DNA of 64,000 nucleotides from Macrostomum lignano (Eukaryota): NCBI GenBank assembly GCA_002269645.1, contig NIVC01001484.1, positions 111,531 to 175,530 of the forward strand, read 5' to 3'. Shown piece by piece: positions 48,001 to 60,153 of this stretch (position 1 is its first letter; each line of letters starts with the position of its first letter). The notes under the pieces were generated by a model. It saw only the letters and a program-made list of their open reading frames with translations, ran no database searches and was not told where the DNA came from. The position numbers and the translations under genes were made by a program.

Positions 48001-50660
48001 GCGAGAGTCCGCAATTTGATTGTTGCCGTCGCCGCTGTCGGCGCGACGAATTGTATCGAGCAGGCGGGCGTTTCTATCAGCGATGGCGGAAGCTTCAGAT
48101 TCTGACTGCTCTAGGGGTGCCGACGGTACGGCGGCAGATGAAGAAGACGATGATTGACGGTTCTCGCAGATCTGACAGCAGTCAGTGTCGCTGTTGACAA
48201 AAGTGCAAACTTGACACTCCCAACTGGAGGAAGAAGCTGTAGCCGATTGGCTCGTCCCAGCATCAGTGCGTTCCACTTGGTTGTAAGTGTCAAGCTCGGA
48301 AGACATGCTGCACACGGGGCAAACAGCACGATTGCTATTTTCAATAATCTTCAGGTCGCTGCGAGGGTTGTTAACAGTACAGATAGGACAGGTCCAGCTT
48401 GAATCAGCCATCTCGTGTTCTGGACCGGTTGGATCAGTTAAAGACGCGATCTGTGCTGAAGGAAGAGGCGGAGGCGAAGCTCTAGGTGTATGAAATTCAT
48501 CACACCTGCCCTGGTCGCTGTCTTCCTCACTCGCAATTCGAGCTTCTGTAGTTTCAGCTTCGAGAATTGGCGCTTCGGGCAAAGGGTGTTGCGGCGGTGG
48601 AGTCGTGGCGGAGACGGAGACGGAAAGCCAGCTGACGTTGGTACAGCGGGAGCCTGATCTGAATGCGGGCGCACTTCGAGCATTTGCATGTAAGTTAGCA
48701 GCTCTTCCTGTCGCAAGTCCAGGCTAGCTTCAACTCGTGAAATTTGACTTAGACCCTCGCGATGGCGCTCCAGGTTGTGGCTGCGGCCGTGAGAATTGGA
48801 TTCAAGAGTTTGAGTAAGGCTCTGGTGCGCTTGTTGTGTGGGTGGCCGGTAGATCTCGTTTGAACAATCATCTTGGTTACTATCATCAACAAATTTAGGT
48901 GCAGCTTTGCGTGTGGGCATTGTAGCAAAACCGTTCGAGTCCCAGTCAGGTTTTCCGAGGCTTCCACCTCCACTAGAGTACATGTTGCCTGCGATGTCCA
49001 TTGCCTCGAATTGAAGCATCTGCTGCAGCACAGTCGACTGTTGGTTAGTATGATCAGGCTGACTTGGCTCGAAGTCTTGATCCATTGGGCTGTCAGACTC
49101 TTGCGCTATCCGCTTCTCTTGTTCTTTTCTTCCTCGCTCCGCCTGTCTACTAAGCTCCTCTCGCTCCTGCTTTTGCTGCTCCTCCCTTCTTCTCTGCTGT
49201 TCACGCTCTTGTTTCGCTAGATCCTTCTGCTTTCTTTGCTGTTCTTCTTGCTCTTGTCTTTCCTGTTCTTCCTGTCTTCTCTGCTGGTCACGCTCTTTCT
49301 CTAGATCCTCCTGCTTTCTCTGCTGCTCCTTACGCTCTTGCCTCTCTTGTTCTTCCTGTCCTCTTTGCTTCTCCTCTCTTTCTTGACTCTCTGAACTTTC
49401 AGTCTCTTGCTTTTTGGTTGCTGCTGCATCAGTCTGTTGTTCTTCACGTTCGTTTGGTATTTTCAAATCATCAGATTGAACATCTGAAGATTGATCTTTC
49501 CCTTTTGACTGTTGTTGTTGCTCTGAGTCGAAGTTTGAAGCTGCTAAGCCCAACTGGGACACGTAGCTAACAGAATTTTTGCCGCCAGACGCCACTACCA
49601 AGCGCGGTTTTATTCCGGACGCTGCAGGCTCCAAGGCTGTTCTGGGCCTAGGAAGCGTGGCTATAGCCGAAGCTGTCATACTCAATGGAATCTTGCGCCT
49701 GAGCTCAACAGTATCGGCACCCTCGCGCTCGTGCCCGCGCCGACTAGGATGACCGTGCCAGCGCTGGTCGCAGCCAAGGCACAGGTGCCGCCTAGGACAG
49801 GCTTCGTTGCTGCAGACCAATGCAACAGGCTCATCACCGCATAGGTCGCAGAGTATTTGAGCTGGGGCAGATGAGGAAGGAGTCGGAGGAGGTCTTGGTT
49901 TCTGGTTCGGCTGCTGGCTCAGATCTTCAAATTGCTGAGCAGATTGCAGAGGCTTCTGTCCTGTTGATTCAGTTGCAGCCGAGGATACAGCGACACGGGG
50001 AGTTGAAAGCGGAGGCGATGGCAATGATGGAAGAGTGGCCGTTCTGCGCTGAATACCAGAGGGTTCCTTCTGAGCAGGCAGTTCACTCTCCTGCACAATC
50101 AGCAGCGGGTTTGTTGTTATGTGGGTCTGTTGCTGCCGCTGTTCAAGCTGTCCTGCAGCGGATGTATAGGATTTAATAACGTCCATTCGCGGATGCTGTC
50201 CGCTAAGATACAAGGACAATTCCTCGGTTACCATGGACACATCTACCAGAAAGTCGACAACAGATTGCACTGTGATGCGATCCTCATTAGCAATAAAATT
50301 TTCGCCGCAAAGAACAAAGCCAATAGTTTCAAGGAGTTTGGCGGCGTTAGGCAACGAGCGAAGATAGCTGGCTTTCATGACTGACCAATCAGTGCTGCGG
50401 TCCTCCCGCGGCAGCAGCAGCTGCTTCATTTTATTGCGCAGCAGGGTGCACGCAGACCGTACATTGCTAAGCTTGCCCCGTACATTTTGCAGGAGTACAG
50501 ATACACTTATTGGCTGGTATTTCATTTCTAAGTCGCAGTCAATGCTGATTAGCTCAGCCATTTCATCGGGCTGCGGAAGGCGGCGGTCTTTTTTGACAAT
50601 TCTTATCAGCACATTGCGGGCATTCCTAACTGACACCTCCATGGGAGTGCCTGAAGCCAT
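45081..50660 (-). CDS. RNF31: Full-length HOIP/RNF31-like linear-ubiquitin RBR E3 ligase
   Basis: PUB-like N-terminus (LVDVSMVTEELSLYLSGQHP); B-box (CDQRWHGHPSRRGH); two NZFs; UBA region (AFSQHEV..RRRERAVQEL); RING1; IBR; RING2 ECPACHFKYALAGGGCLHFVC; LDD (HPRSCLYHLRD, KVMEQKE, HYSEYLVTLIN). Clear exons: 47053+, 46186-45732, 45429-45081. The junction between the two large upstream ORFs (48438-48723) is unresolved. Confidence 0.88.
45541..45690 (+). mobile_element. 5'-truncated copy of the SINE at 35081, in the last HOIP intron
   Basis: CAGTTCACCCAGCTGTAAAA..GGCCCAA matches 35186-35346 with an internal deletion. Confidence 0.8.
46318..47036. repeat. 21-bp intronic minisatellite (GTAGCTACTTCTGATTTACTA) in the HOIP intron 46187-47052
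   Basis: Tandem array; a block restarts at a 356-bp offset (46357 vs 46713). Confidence 0.96.
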
Positions 50661-53228
50661 TGCGTGCTGTCTGCTCCAAGCTGGGCAAGCCAGACAGTGA
50701 ACAGAAATAGGCTCTAATGGCAAAGTTTTATTGAAGCCAATTTAACAAATGAAAACTTTTTAGCGTTGGCTTGCTGATTGCAGGTGCAGCAAATTAGAAA
50801 GTGATTAAACAAGGTGGCTTAAGCAGTAAATGCAAACTAATACCTGTTGGGAAATAACTGTCCCTCAACTTTGTGAAATGGCACATGAAAAACAGATAGA
50901 AAGAAATGGAAGAATAAATGTTGATTAGTAACAAAATGGGCTCAATTGACAGGTATTGCAGTTTGGTTTTAAAGTTTTTAAAAAATGTTCTTTTCTAAAC
51001 AATAGACTGATCATTTTTTATTAAGAGATACTAACTTGGATTATACTATTTAAAACAGAAACATGTGCAACCTTCCTGAATGTTTCCTAGCCAAATTATA
51101 TACAAAATATGATAGCTATATCTATAGAGCATTTTTCCAACATCAATTTGCTTTGTATATTGTATAAATATTTTCCTTTTTCTTTTTAATCACTTATGTA
51201 AGTTTTTACTCTTTTTATGTTTTTCAATGTTTTCTCATTATCTTATATGCTTAGCTAATAGGTTTTCTTGACTCTTAACTAAGAAATCTCAATAGTTAAA
51301 TAATTTTTTAGTAAAATAAGGAATACCACATGTTTAGTTAATTGCAAACATACTGAGATTAAATATAAATATTTTAAAGCCAAGACAAAAGCAATCTTTT
51401 TAAGAATTTTTGAAAGACTAAATAAAGTATTTATAATATTCACTTGATTTTTCTTTTAAGTGATAAAATAATATTGCTGTTAGCCTATTGATAGCTTTTA
51501 AATCAATATAAATAAAATAATTTTATCATTCTAATGGTTTTTTCACTTATAGTCATTTCTTTAATATTATATATACTTAGTTGCATAAATTGTATCTTTT
51601 AACTTAAATATTAATTTTAAATTTTCTATAAATAATAGAATTATAAAATAGTAAAGATGTCAATAAATGAAAATATAATAGCTCAAGCTTCTATTGCAGG
51701 TATTGAAAGAAAAATTTGATTTTCATTCTTGTGACAATGTTTTCTAAATAGCAATAAATAGCAATAGCAACAAATATATAATATAAATTAAAATCTAATT
51801 TGCTTATTTGTTTATTTTAAAGATATTGCCTAATTAATTATTTAATATATATATTTATGCATATTTTTTATAAAATGCTCTTATACCATAGTTATAAGTA
51901 TACACTATGCACACAAAAATATTTTTGCCCTACATAAATGCCCTACATACACGCAAAAGGGTTGGATCAAATCAACCTAATATAGCCTATTACTAATAGA
52001 CCAGTAGACTAGAAGGCAATTATAATACGCATAGGTCTATGATTTTAGAAAGTATTTGAAACTTTTAAATAATTAAATAATATAAAAGATACCAATTTTA
52101 AAAACAATTTTATATATAGTGACCTAATTTTTTTATTTTTACCTTTTATGATTAAAAACAATGAATATTTTAATTATGTTATAAAATACTTACTTCAATA
52201 ATTAAAAATATCACATTATCATATGGTTAAAACCCAAAAAATTCTAAATACTCTAAATACAATCCACTTTGGTAACAGCTTTTTTGGTAATAGCCACTTT
52301 GGTAATAGTTACTTTGGTAACAAAGCAGACTTACAACTATCAATACTATTTTTATGATAATTAAGTTTAGTAATAATTAGTTTAATAATTAACATCTTTA
52401 ATATCTTACTGTACATATTGTTAAACTTTCTAGTTAAACTGTATTATACTTTGTTTAAACTTGTGCTCTAACTTTGTGAAAAATTTAAAGGCAAAGAAAA
52501 TTAAGCCAAGCCAGAGCTGGCATATACATATAGTGAAATTGAAAAAGGCGTAAATAATAATTAAGAAGAAAGTCAATTCTATAATCTTAAGTTGCTATTT
52601 GCTAACTAGATAAAAGGTTCTAATGTAGCCTACATGGTACACAATATTTGGTCAATGACAGGATGTCTTGGGCGCATGTATCTGACTCATTGGGAAATTA
52701 AAATAGATTGGTTAAAACACTTATAAACAAATTAAACACATGCAGATACGCTTGTTTGTTCATACATCTTTTCGGAGCATATCAATTAATACATATATAT
52801 TATTCTCACTTGATACTGAAGTGGCTGTTACCAAAATGGCTGTTAGTGAAGTGGACTATTACCAAAAATTCTCATGCAACATTGTGTATAACTTTAATAA
52901 CAGTAGCATACCAAAGAAATTATAACACTGCACAGTGTACTATAGCAAAGAGAATGCCAAAAAATGTTATCAACTCCTTGATGCATGTCATGTAGTCAGT
53001 ACTATACTACCTAGGAGTCTAAGACCTTGTTGCATATAAGAATTTCCCCCAAAAAAGCATCTTGGGAATATTATCCTATTAAATTAATAATACTAGTATC
53101 TTTGACATCTTAATTTTGTATTTCAAAAAGCATTTTAAGTTATTGATTTTATCAGATATAATTTTTTGAAATTCATCAAGGCTTTATTGTATAAAAGTTT
53201 AGGCTTTTTAGGGCAGGGATATTGGTTT

Positions 53229-53821
53229 CCAGTTCATTCGTCTGCCAACAGTTTGTCTGCTGAGTAGATGAAACACCCTTCCATATACTAAAAATTCCTT
53301 CTAAAACTGTTTGTCTGCTGGGAAATGGGATCGGGATGAGGAGTAGGGGTAAGGAGCTGAGGGACTAGGGGAGCTGCCTCTGTGCATTAACATTGTTATA
53401 AAGTGCTACATATAGCTTGGTCTTTCATCATTTTAACAAACTATTTTACAATCACCTAAAAAAAGAAAGCTTAACTTAAAACAGTAGAAGGAAACTGCTA
53501 AATTAGTTACATAGAATTTGATAAAGATAGAATATTGGCAAATAGTTATTCAAAATTATTCAAATTGACAAAATTTCTAGTAGGCACTATAATGCACAGA
53601 TGACATATTTTGAAGATATTCATTTTGATTTGAAGAGACCAACCGTCCCTACTGCAGTTTAACAATGTTAATGAATGAAAAAGTTGCGGGTTGGGCAGCT
53701 CCCCAGCCCCATTCCACATCCCATGGCCCCACCCCCCAATTTCCCAATAGACAAACAGTTTTAGAAAAAGAAAACTTTTTGTCTGCTTAGCAGACGAACT
53801 GTCAGCAGACGAAACAACTGG
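53229..53821. mobile_element. Degenerate inverted-repeat (MITE-like) element
   Basis: CCAGTTCATTCGTCTGCCAACAG.. and TTCTAAAACTGTTTGTCT.. on the left are reverse-complementary to blocks at 53742-53821. Confidence 0.5.
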
Positions 53822-55991
53822 CACCCGGGATATTTTCTAGGATTGCTTAGAAATGAATGTTATTAATGACCAATAAATGACAATGTAAAAGCAAAATAAT
53901 AAATATTAAATAAGCATACATATATCATTTAGCCACATTTGGACAGATACATTATGGCAGAAAATTCTAGCATGCATAAATAAAAAGTCTGCACAAATTG
54001 GTACACAGTGATACATAGGCCTAGTATAGGCCTATAGCTGATAAAAAAACTAGCTCAGTCACAATGTGTGATAATTGGTTATCCAAAATGTGTCATCTAT
54101 ATATGCAGTGCATGAATTATGCTTTTTATTTTTTTTTCAAAAATATAATTCATTTGTAATAAGTTTGATCTGAAAATGCAATATTTATTTATAGTCCAAA
54201 ATAAAGTTGAAATTCCTAATCCGAGACTGAGACTAAGAGCTTACAGCTTATATTATAAAAACACCTGTAACGATTCTATCCAATTATATTCCTACATAAA
54301 TAATTTCGCACTGACTCTTAAAATTTTTCAACCTGTATTTCTAAGTCAGTACGCCCTACTTAAGATACTTGCAAGGATGGAGAAAGTGATGGCCATTGCC
54401 ATGATATTATCTAAGATGACTAAGAATACGAGTACTGAAAGCGAAATTTGCTGCTTTTGCGACAACTTAAATGTTGAATAATACTGAAAAAATACTACAA
54501 TATATCTTTAATAAAGCAGAAAACATCAAGCTCTTAATCAATTAGATTAACAAATCGTATATAGCGCAGTCTATGGTACTTCCCAATGCCAATGTGAGGC
54601 ATCATTTGTTTAAGTTTTCACTTAATTTAACATAGTACCGTGTTCCTGTATAATTGACATGTATCCAACAATTCATCATATCTTACAACAATTTCAGTTC
54701 TTGATATAAGAATGGCATATCTATCAGATACCAAAGACAAAGGACCAATGTATCCTTGCCGGATGCCTATAGACGCTGTTCGCATTGTATCGATTCCAAA
54801 ATAATACAGTACCAGCTTCGATCGATGAGAGCAGAGCAAGCGATGCGTCCAAAAATGCATTATAATTGGTCATACTGACATTCGTACATGCATTTCATTG
54901 AATTAGGCCTAACAGCCCGTATTGTAAGAGAAATTATTTTTTCCAGAAAATTGACTATGATGCATGGCCAATTACGTCATCCGGCCGAGAGCGGAACAGC
55001 GCTATAGCTGCACCTGAGAGCCTGCACTGCGGATGTTGCTGTTCCTAGTCCTGCTGCAGTGCTGCACCGGGCGGCCAGCTGGCAGCGCGCGCTAGTTCAA
55101 CCTGCTTCTAGCTGACTTCTTTGCCCATTGCGAGATGATAATTCTGCGCATATCTGCGTCTACGCGCGCATTTTAACAGTGTAGACCACTTTGGCTTTGA
55201 ACTAAGCTGGTGCAGTATTTTTACGTTATTTTGTTTTTGTTGGTATAGAGTCGATGTCGATGGCAGGACCGTTCTAATGTTTATGTTGAACGTTGTGGTT
55301 AAATTGATACTTTTTTATACATTTTTATATACACGTAATACTTGTTATACGTAAAGTGACGGTAAATTAAAAGCCTGGGTGTGATGCAATCTTTATCAGA
55401 ATCAGAATTCAGCCAGTCAGTTTTTTATATAGCATACTTGAAATGCATTTTAAGTAAAAAGTCTGATTCACTTACAGAAAGCATGTTTTTCGAATATTTA
55501 TTGCTTTTGCCTTGAGCAATTTATTAGCCACAGCACATGTACCGTTCACGTGAAAATTTCTGATCGAACGGTTCAAGTTCAAAAACCGACACCTAGTTAA
55601 CATACCATCTTCCAGAATGCCAACAGCACGCCTGCTCTCCCAGAGTCTGGCATCTGTCAGTTTGTGATCTGACTATCCGAGTCAAGACTACGAATTGGGC
55701 CCAAAAGGCCCAAACGCAGCCGTCCACCCCCGCCCAAGACACTGCAGCTCAGCCAACGGCTCGCGGATCACCCACCCCAAAAAACAAAGGCCGCAGAGGC
55801 GTTCAATCCTCGGGTCCGCTAACGGCGATTGGCTAGCTAATCAGCACAATCCAGCTTCATCTGAAGAAAACTGACTGAGCTGGATTACTCAGCGCAAGAG
55901 TCGTGCCAGAATCTGAGTGCATATTGTTTTCTGCGTCCATATCCCGCTACTATTAAATTCGACAAGGCTCATCTGTTCAGGTGACACAATT

Positions 55992-56409
55992 ATGAGTATC
56001 CGAATTTGCATTGTTCTCTTCTGTATGTCGGCTCTGATTACCTGCGAAGGATTTCGAATCTCTGACTCCAGTGATCCGGGTTCTGAAACTGTTAAGGTAC
56101 ATGTAAAAATAAGCCTATTAAAATGTTTTTATCACATTGCTCTTTCACATCTACATGTATCCAAACCACTTCCAAACCAAACCACCAGATCAAGATTTCA
56201 TATTCAAATTTCGAATCTTTTTTGACTGAACAACTCGGAAATGAAATGGCTAACGAACATATTCCACATTCCCGTTGCACACCATATAGAATCCTCCAAC
56301 CAGCGAGAAGTCGGCGTACGATGATGGCCCGGTGTTCAAGGAGCTCCAGGTGAAGAAAAAGTTTTGTTCGGATTACCATCCGCTCACCTGCTTCGGGCTC
56401 GGAGGCTGA
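55992..56409 (+). CDS. Secreted peptide precursor, copy 1 (signal, propeptide, KKK, FCSDYHPLTCFGLGG), 2 exons
   Basis: Exon 1 55992-56102 (or 56096) MSIRICIVLFCMSALITCEGFRISDSSDPGSETVK(VH); phase-0 GT..ATAG intron; exon 2 56290-56409 NPPTSEKSAYDDGPVFKELQVKKKFCSDYHPLTCFGLGG*. Structure is conserved in the paralog. Confidence 0.8.
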
Positions 56410-57627
56410 CTGCAGAAGATTGCCAGTGCAGCTGACTTTGAACACTGACAATATATTAAGTTAAATCGGTCAATATACGAGTCAATTTCGCGTTTCAATC
56501 TACTCGCAAAATTAATATTCAAAAGGCAATTGGCCTGAAAAAGCAGTTTTATGTCGTTTTTATTAAGGACTTAAAGCTCTGAACCTATCGAACGAACGAA
56601 CGAACGAACGAACGATCGAATAATGCCTTGGAATAGAACTCACATATTAATCGTTTCACTATCTTGGATACAATTGCCAGGTAAATTCTTCAAATCAATT
56701 AGAGTTCGTGCTGATTATTTTTAAAAAAAAGTAAGAATTAAGGACACAACTCAGGTGGCATGCAACTCTACCAAATAACCAGTAGCCAAGAAGTATTAGC
56801 TAATTTACCCAGACCTCATTGGCTGAACTAGTATAGCCCAGACCAGAAAGCTACTCAATTATGCATGGCGTTCAATCAGCAAAGATGTGTTAATCTCAGG
56901 TCGTTATACATATAATATGCTCTCATTCGAATACATGCGATCGAATTTAATTAACAAGTTCACACGATCCCAATTGATGCATATTCGCCGATGTGCGCTC
57001 ATAGTCCCAGGCAATATGCTTTCATTCTCATTCGAAATTTAATCAAGCTACAGTCCCAATAGGTGCACACTTAAGGAGTTAAGCTGAAGGTACTGTGTCC
57101 TCGCAATCGAATTTAACTGATTATTAATTAATTACTCCAGCTGGAGCAATGTATTCCATGCAGAGCGATAGCATATCAAAGAAATTTGATTGAATTTCAG
57201 ATTTCAAAAGAAAATACGAGATAATTTGCATCCACCGAAGCATTAAAGGCAATAAAGCTGACTTAACTAGCTCTCTTTCATTTGAATGTTTTTACGAGCG
57301 TCGAAACTATATATGGAATATTCTACTTCTTTGGTTAATCTGCAACACCTACTATTAGTAGCACTAATCGCAGAAGTACGAGCTACCTTGGATTCGGCTC
57401 CAAACCAGTCACCACTATAAACATAGCGCTCCTCCAAAAATCAAATTAAGGAGGCAACCAACTTCGACGAATGAAAGGAGCTCAACATCTGCCCACCTCT
57501 TGGGCATGGCATCTGCCAGTCTAGGAGTAAGGACTGCTAGACTAGAACTATAGCGAAGTGTTTCTATAGTGGTCCTTGTCTGAGACAGGGTTAGGGGCGC
57601 TAACAAGAGACTAAAGGGTTAAAACTA

Positions 57628-58022
57628 AAGACACGAGACAGGGGCGCTCACCAAGAGACAGATGCGCGCACCAAGAGACAGATGCGCGCACCAAGAGACA
57701 GGGGCGCTCACCAAGAGACAGGGGCGCTCACCAAGAGACAGATGCGCGCACCAAGAGACAGGGGCGCTCACCAAGAGACAGGGGCGCTCACCAAGAGACA
57801 GATGCGCGCACCAAGAGACAGGGGCGCTCACCAAGAGACAGGGGCGCTCACCAAGGGACAGATGCGCGCACCAAGAGACAGGGGCGCTCACCAAGAGACA
57901 GATGCGCGCACCAAGAGACAGGGGCGCTCACCAAGAGACAGATGCGCGCACCGAGAGACAGGGGCGCTCACCAAGAGACAGGGGCGCTCACCAAGAGACA
58001 GGGGCGCTCACCAAGAGACACC
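57628..58022. repeat. 20-bp minisatellite with two unit types (AGAGACAGGGGCGCTCACCA / AGAGACAGATGCGCGCACCA)
   Basis: Directly visible. Confidence 0.95.
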
Positions 58023-58067
58023 AAGCATTGGCGCCCGCTCCAATTAAAATTCTTGTGCACACTGCAC

Positions 58068-58460
58068 AGTGCTGGTTGAACACTGGCTGCTGGTTGAACA
58101 CTGGCTGCTGGTTGAACACTGGCTGCTGGTTGAACACTGGCTGCTGGTTGAACACTGGCTGCTGGTTGAACACTGGCTGCTGGTTGAACACTGGCTGCTG
58201 GTTGAACACTGGCTGCTGGTTGAACACTGGCTGCTGGTTGAACACTGGCTGCTGGTTGAACACTGGCTGCTGGTTGAAAACTAGCTGCTGGTTGAACACT
58301 GGCTGCTGGTTGAACACTGGCTGCTGGTTGAACACTGGCTGCTGGTTGAACACTGGCTGCTGGTTGAACACTGGCTGCTGGTTGAACACTGGCTGCTGGT
58401 TGAACACTGGCTGCTGGTTGAACACTGGCTGCTGGTTGAACACTGGCTGCTGGTTGAAGA
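58068..58460. repeat. 18-bp minisatellite (CTGGTTGAACACTGGCTG)
   Basis: Directly visible; it explains the CWLNTG/VFNQQP ORFs. Confidence 0.96.
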
Positions 58461-59713
58461 CGGCTTTACACTGCAAAACCTGAAACGCAGTGCGACCGAA
58501 TCAAAATGCTTATAAGCAAAGTATATCCTGATCCATTACACTACGAGTACATGCATAACCCACTGAATATGATTTCCGATGCAAAACGAGCCGCTGCAAA
58601 CCTTGGGGCGCACCCTGTGAGGCTTTAAAATTTAAGAGTTTTGCAACTGCGTGCTTTACTGAGTTTTGTTGCTGTCTTAAAGTTCTAATGAAAGCATAAA
58701 AATCTTGGAGTAAAACATTCGTACATATGCTGAAGGTCTGGAATGCTGTCAATTGAAACATGCGAGTAAGACTGCCTTTTTCACTTCCGCCTCTGCACGT
58801 TTACAAATCGCTGCTAGTAGGCATTTTTTCTGGATTTTTATACTTGATTACTTTATTTATCTTTTGGGTTCTCTACAATTCGACTGTACGGTTCTATCTG
58901 TCGTCAACTGTTTTGGGGTCTAAAATTACAGAGAACAATAAAATCTCTTTTCGATAAATAGGTTTGTGTGGCAACGAGTTCGGCCGATCAGAAGACTCGA
59001 TGCTCAGTTTAACAAACCGGTCAAGTTGTCCTGACAATGAAAAGGCTCAGAAGGATCGACGTGTGCTAGTTTGGCTGGCTTATGACATCAGATGACACCT
59101 GGTTCGATTCCGTACGCGGCCGGCTTGTGCTCACTGCGTACGCGCTTGTGTAGCTCAGGAGTCAGCGGAGTCGGCCGAACTGCCTCAGCGCTGGCTGTGT
59201 GAGACGATGTCGCTGAAGGCGTTGCGCTATGTAAGATAAGAGGCAAATGCCAGAGTCCTCGGAGTGACATTCCGATAATCCGGTAGTTCTGTCAATTGAG
59301 CCGCAAAGAAAGCAAAAGGAAGAAGCTCGTCGCATGTGCAGTAAATTTGAGTAGAGAGAACTCTTAGGAAGACCCTATGGTGTATAGCAGGTAAATATCA
59401 ACTGAACAGTAGAACTACAAAAGGGGGGAATTCCTCTCCCGACATTTTTTTCTGGCATAAGCTCAGCCAACAGCTCGCAGATCGCCGCCCCAAAAAACAA
59501 AGGCCAGAGCGTTCAATCCTCGGTCCTGCTAACGGCGATTGGCTAGCCGTTAAGCACAACCAATGCAGCTTCATCCGAATAAAATTGGCCGAACTGGGTT
59601 AGTCAGCTCAAGAATCGTGCAAGCATCTGAGCGCATATAACTGTCTACTGTGTCCATAGCCCAGGCTATTAAATTCAACACGCTCTTCTGTTTAGCTGAC
59701 ACAGTTACCTGGT

Positions 59714-60153
59714 ATGAATATCCAAAATTGCATTGTTGTCTTCTGTATGTCGGCTCTGATGACCGGCGAAGGATTTCGAATCTCTGACTCCAAGGATCCG
59801 GGTTCTGAAACTGTTGAGCAACATGTAAGAATACTAAAACTGTTCTTTTTTGACACTTCTCTTTCAACATCTGTATATGTCCATCCGAACCACTTTGAAC
59901 CAGATCGTCCGAAAATTTCATATTTCAATTTTGAATTTTCTTGACTGTAAAACTCCGAAATGGAATGGCTATCCTACCATGCTTTCTACTGCAAAACAGA
60001 CTTTCCCTTAAATCCGACATTTTTGCCCAACAGAATCCTCCAGCCAGCGAGAAGCCGATGGACGATGTCCAGGTGTTCAAACAGCTCCAGATGAAGAAGC
60101 GGTTTTGTTCTTCGATTTACCATCCTCTCTCCTGCTTCGGTCTCGGAGGCTGA
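59714..60153 (+). CDS. Secreted peptide precursor, copy 2 (signal, propeptide, KKR, FCSSIYHPLSCFGLGG), 2 exons, 76 aa
   Basis: Exon 1 59714-59824 (donor GTAAGA); exon 2 60034-60153 after TTTTGCCCAACAG: NPPASEKPMDDVQVFKQLQMKKRFCSSIYHPLSCFGLGG*. Confidence 0.82.

Noticed and set aside
50760-54900. AT-rich region with short ORFs and short inverted subrepeats (52260-52320 vs 52820-52865)
   Set aside because: No coding signal or clear termini; probably old non-autonomous transposon debris.
55032-55095. Short signal-peptide-like ORF MLLFLVLLQCCTGRPAGSAR
   Set aside because: Only 20 codons, with no clear splice continuation or paralog.
59060-59300. Possible second SINE or Pol III element (GGTTCGATTCC)
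   Set aside because: B box only; no convincing A box, second copy or tail in the window.
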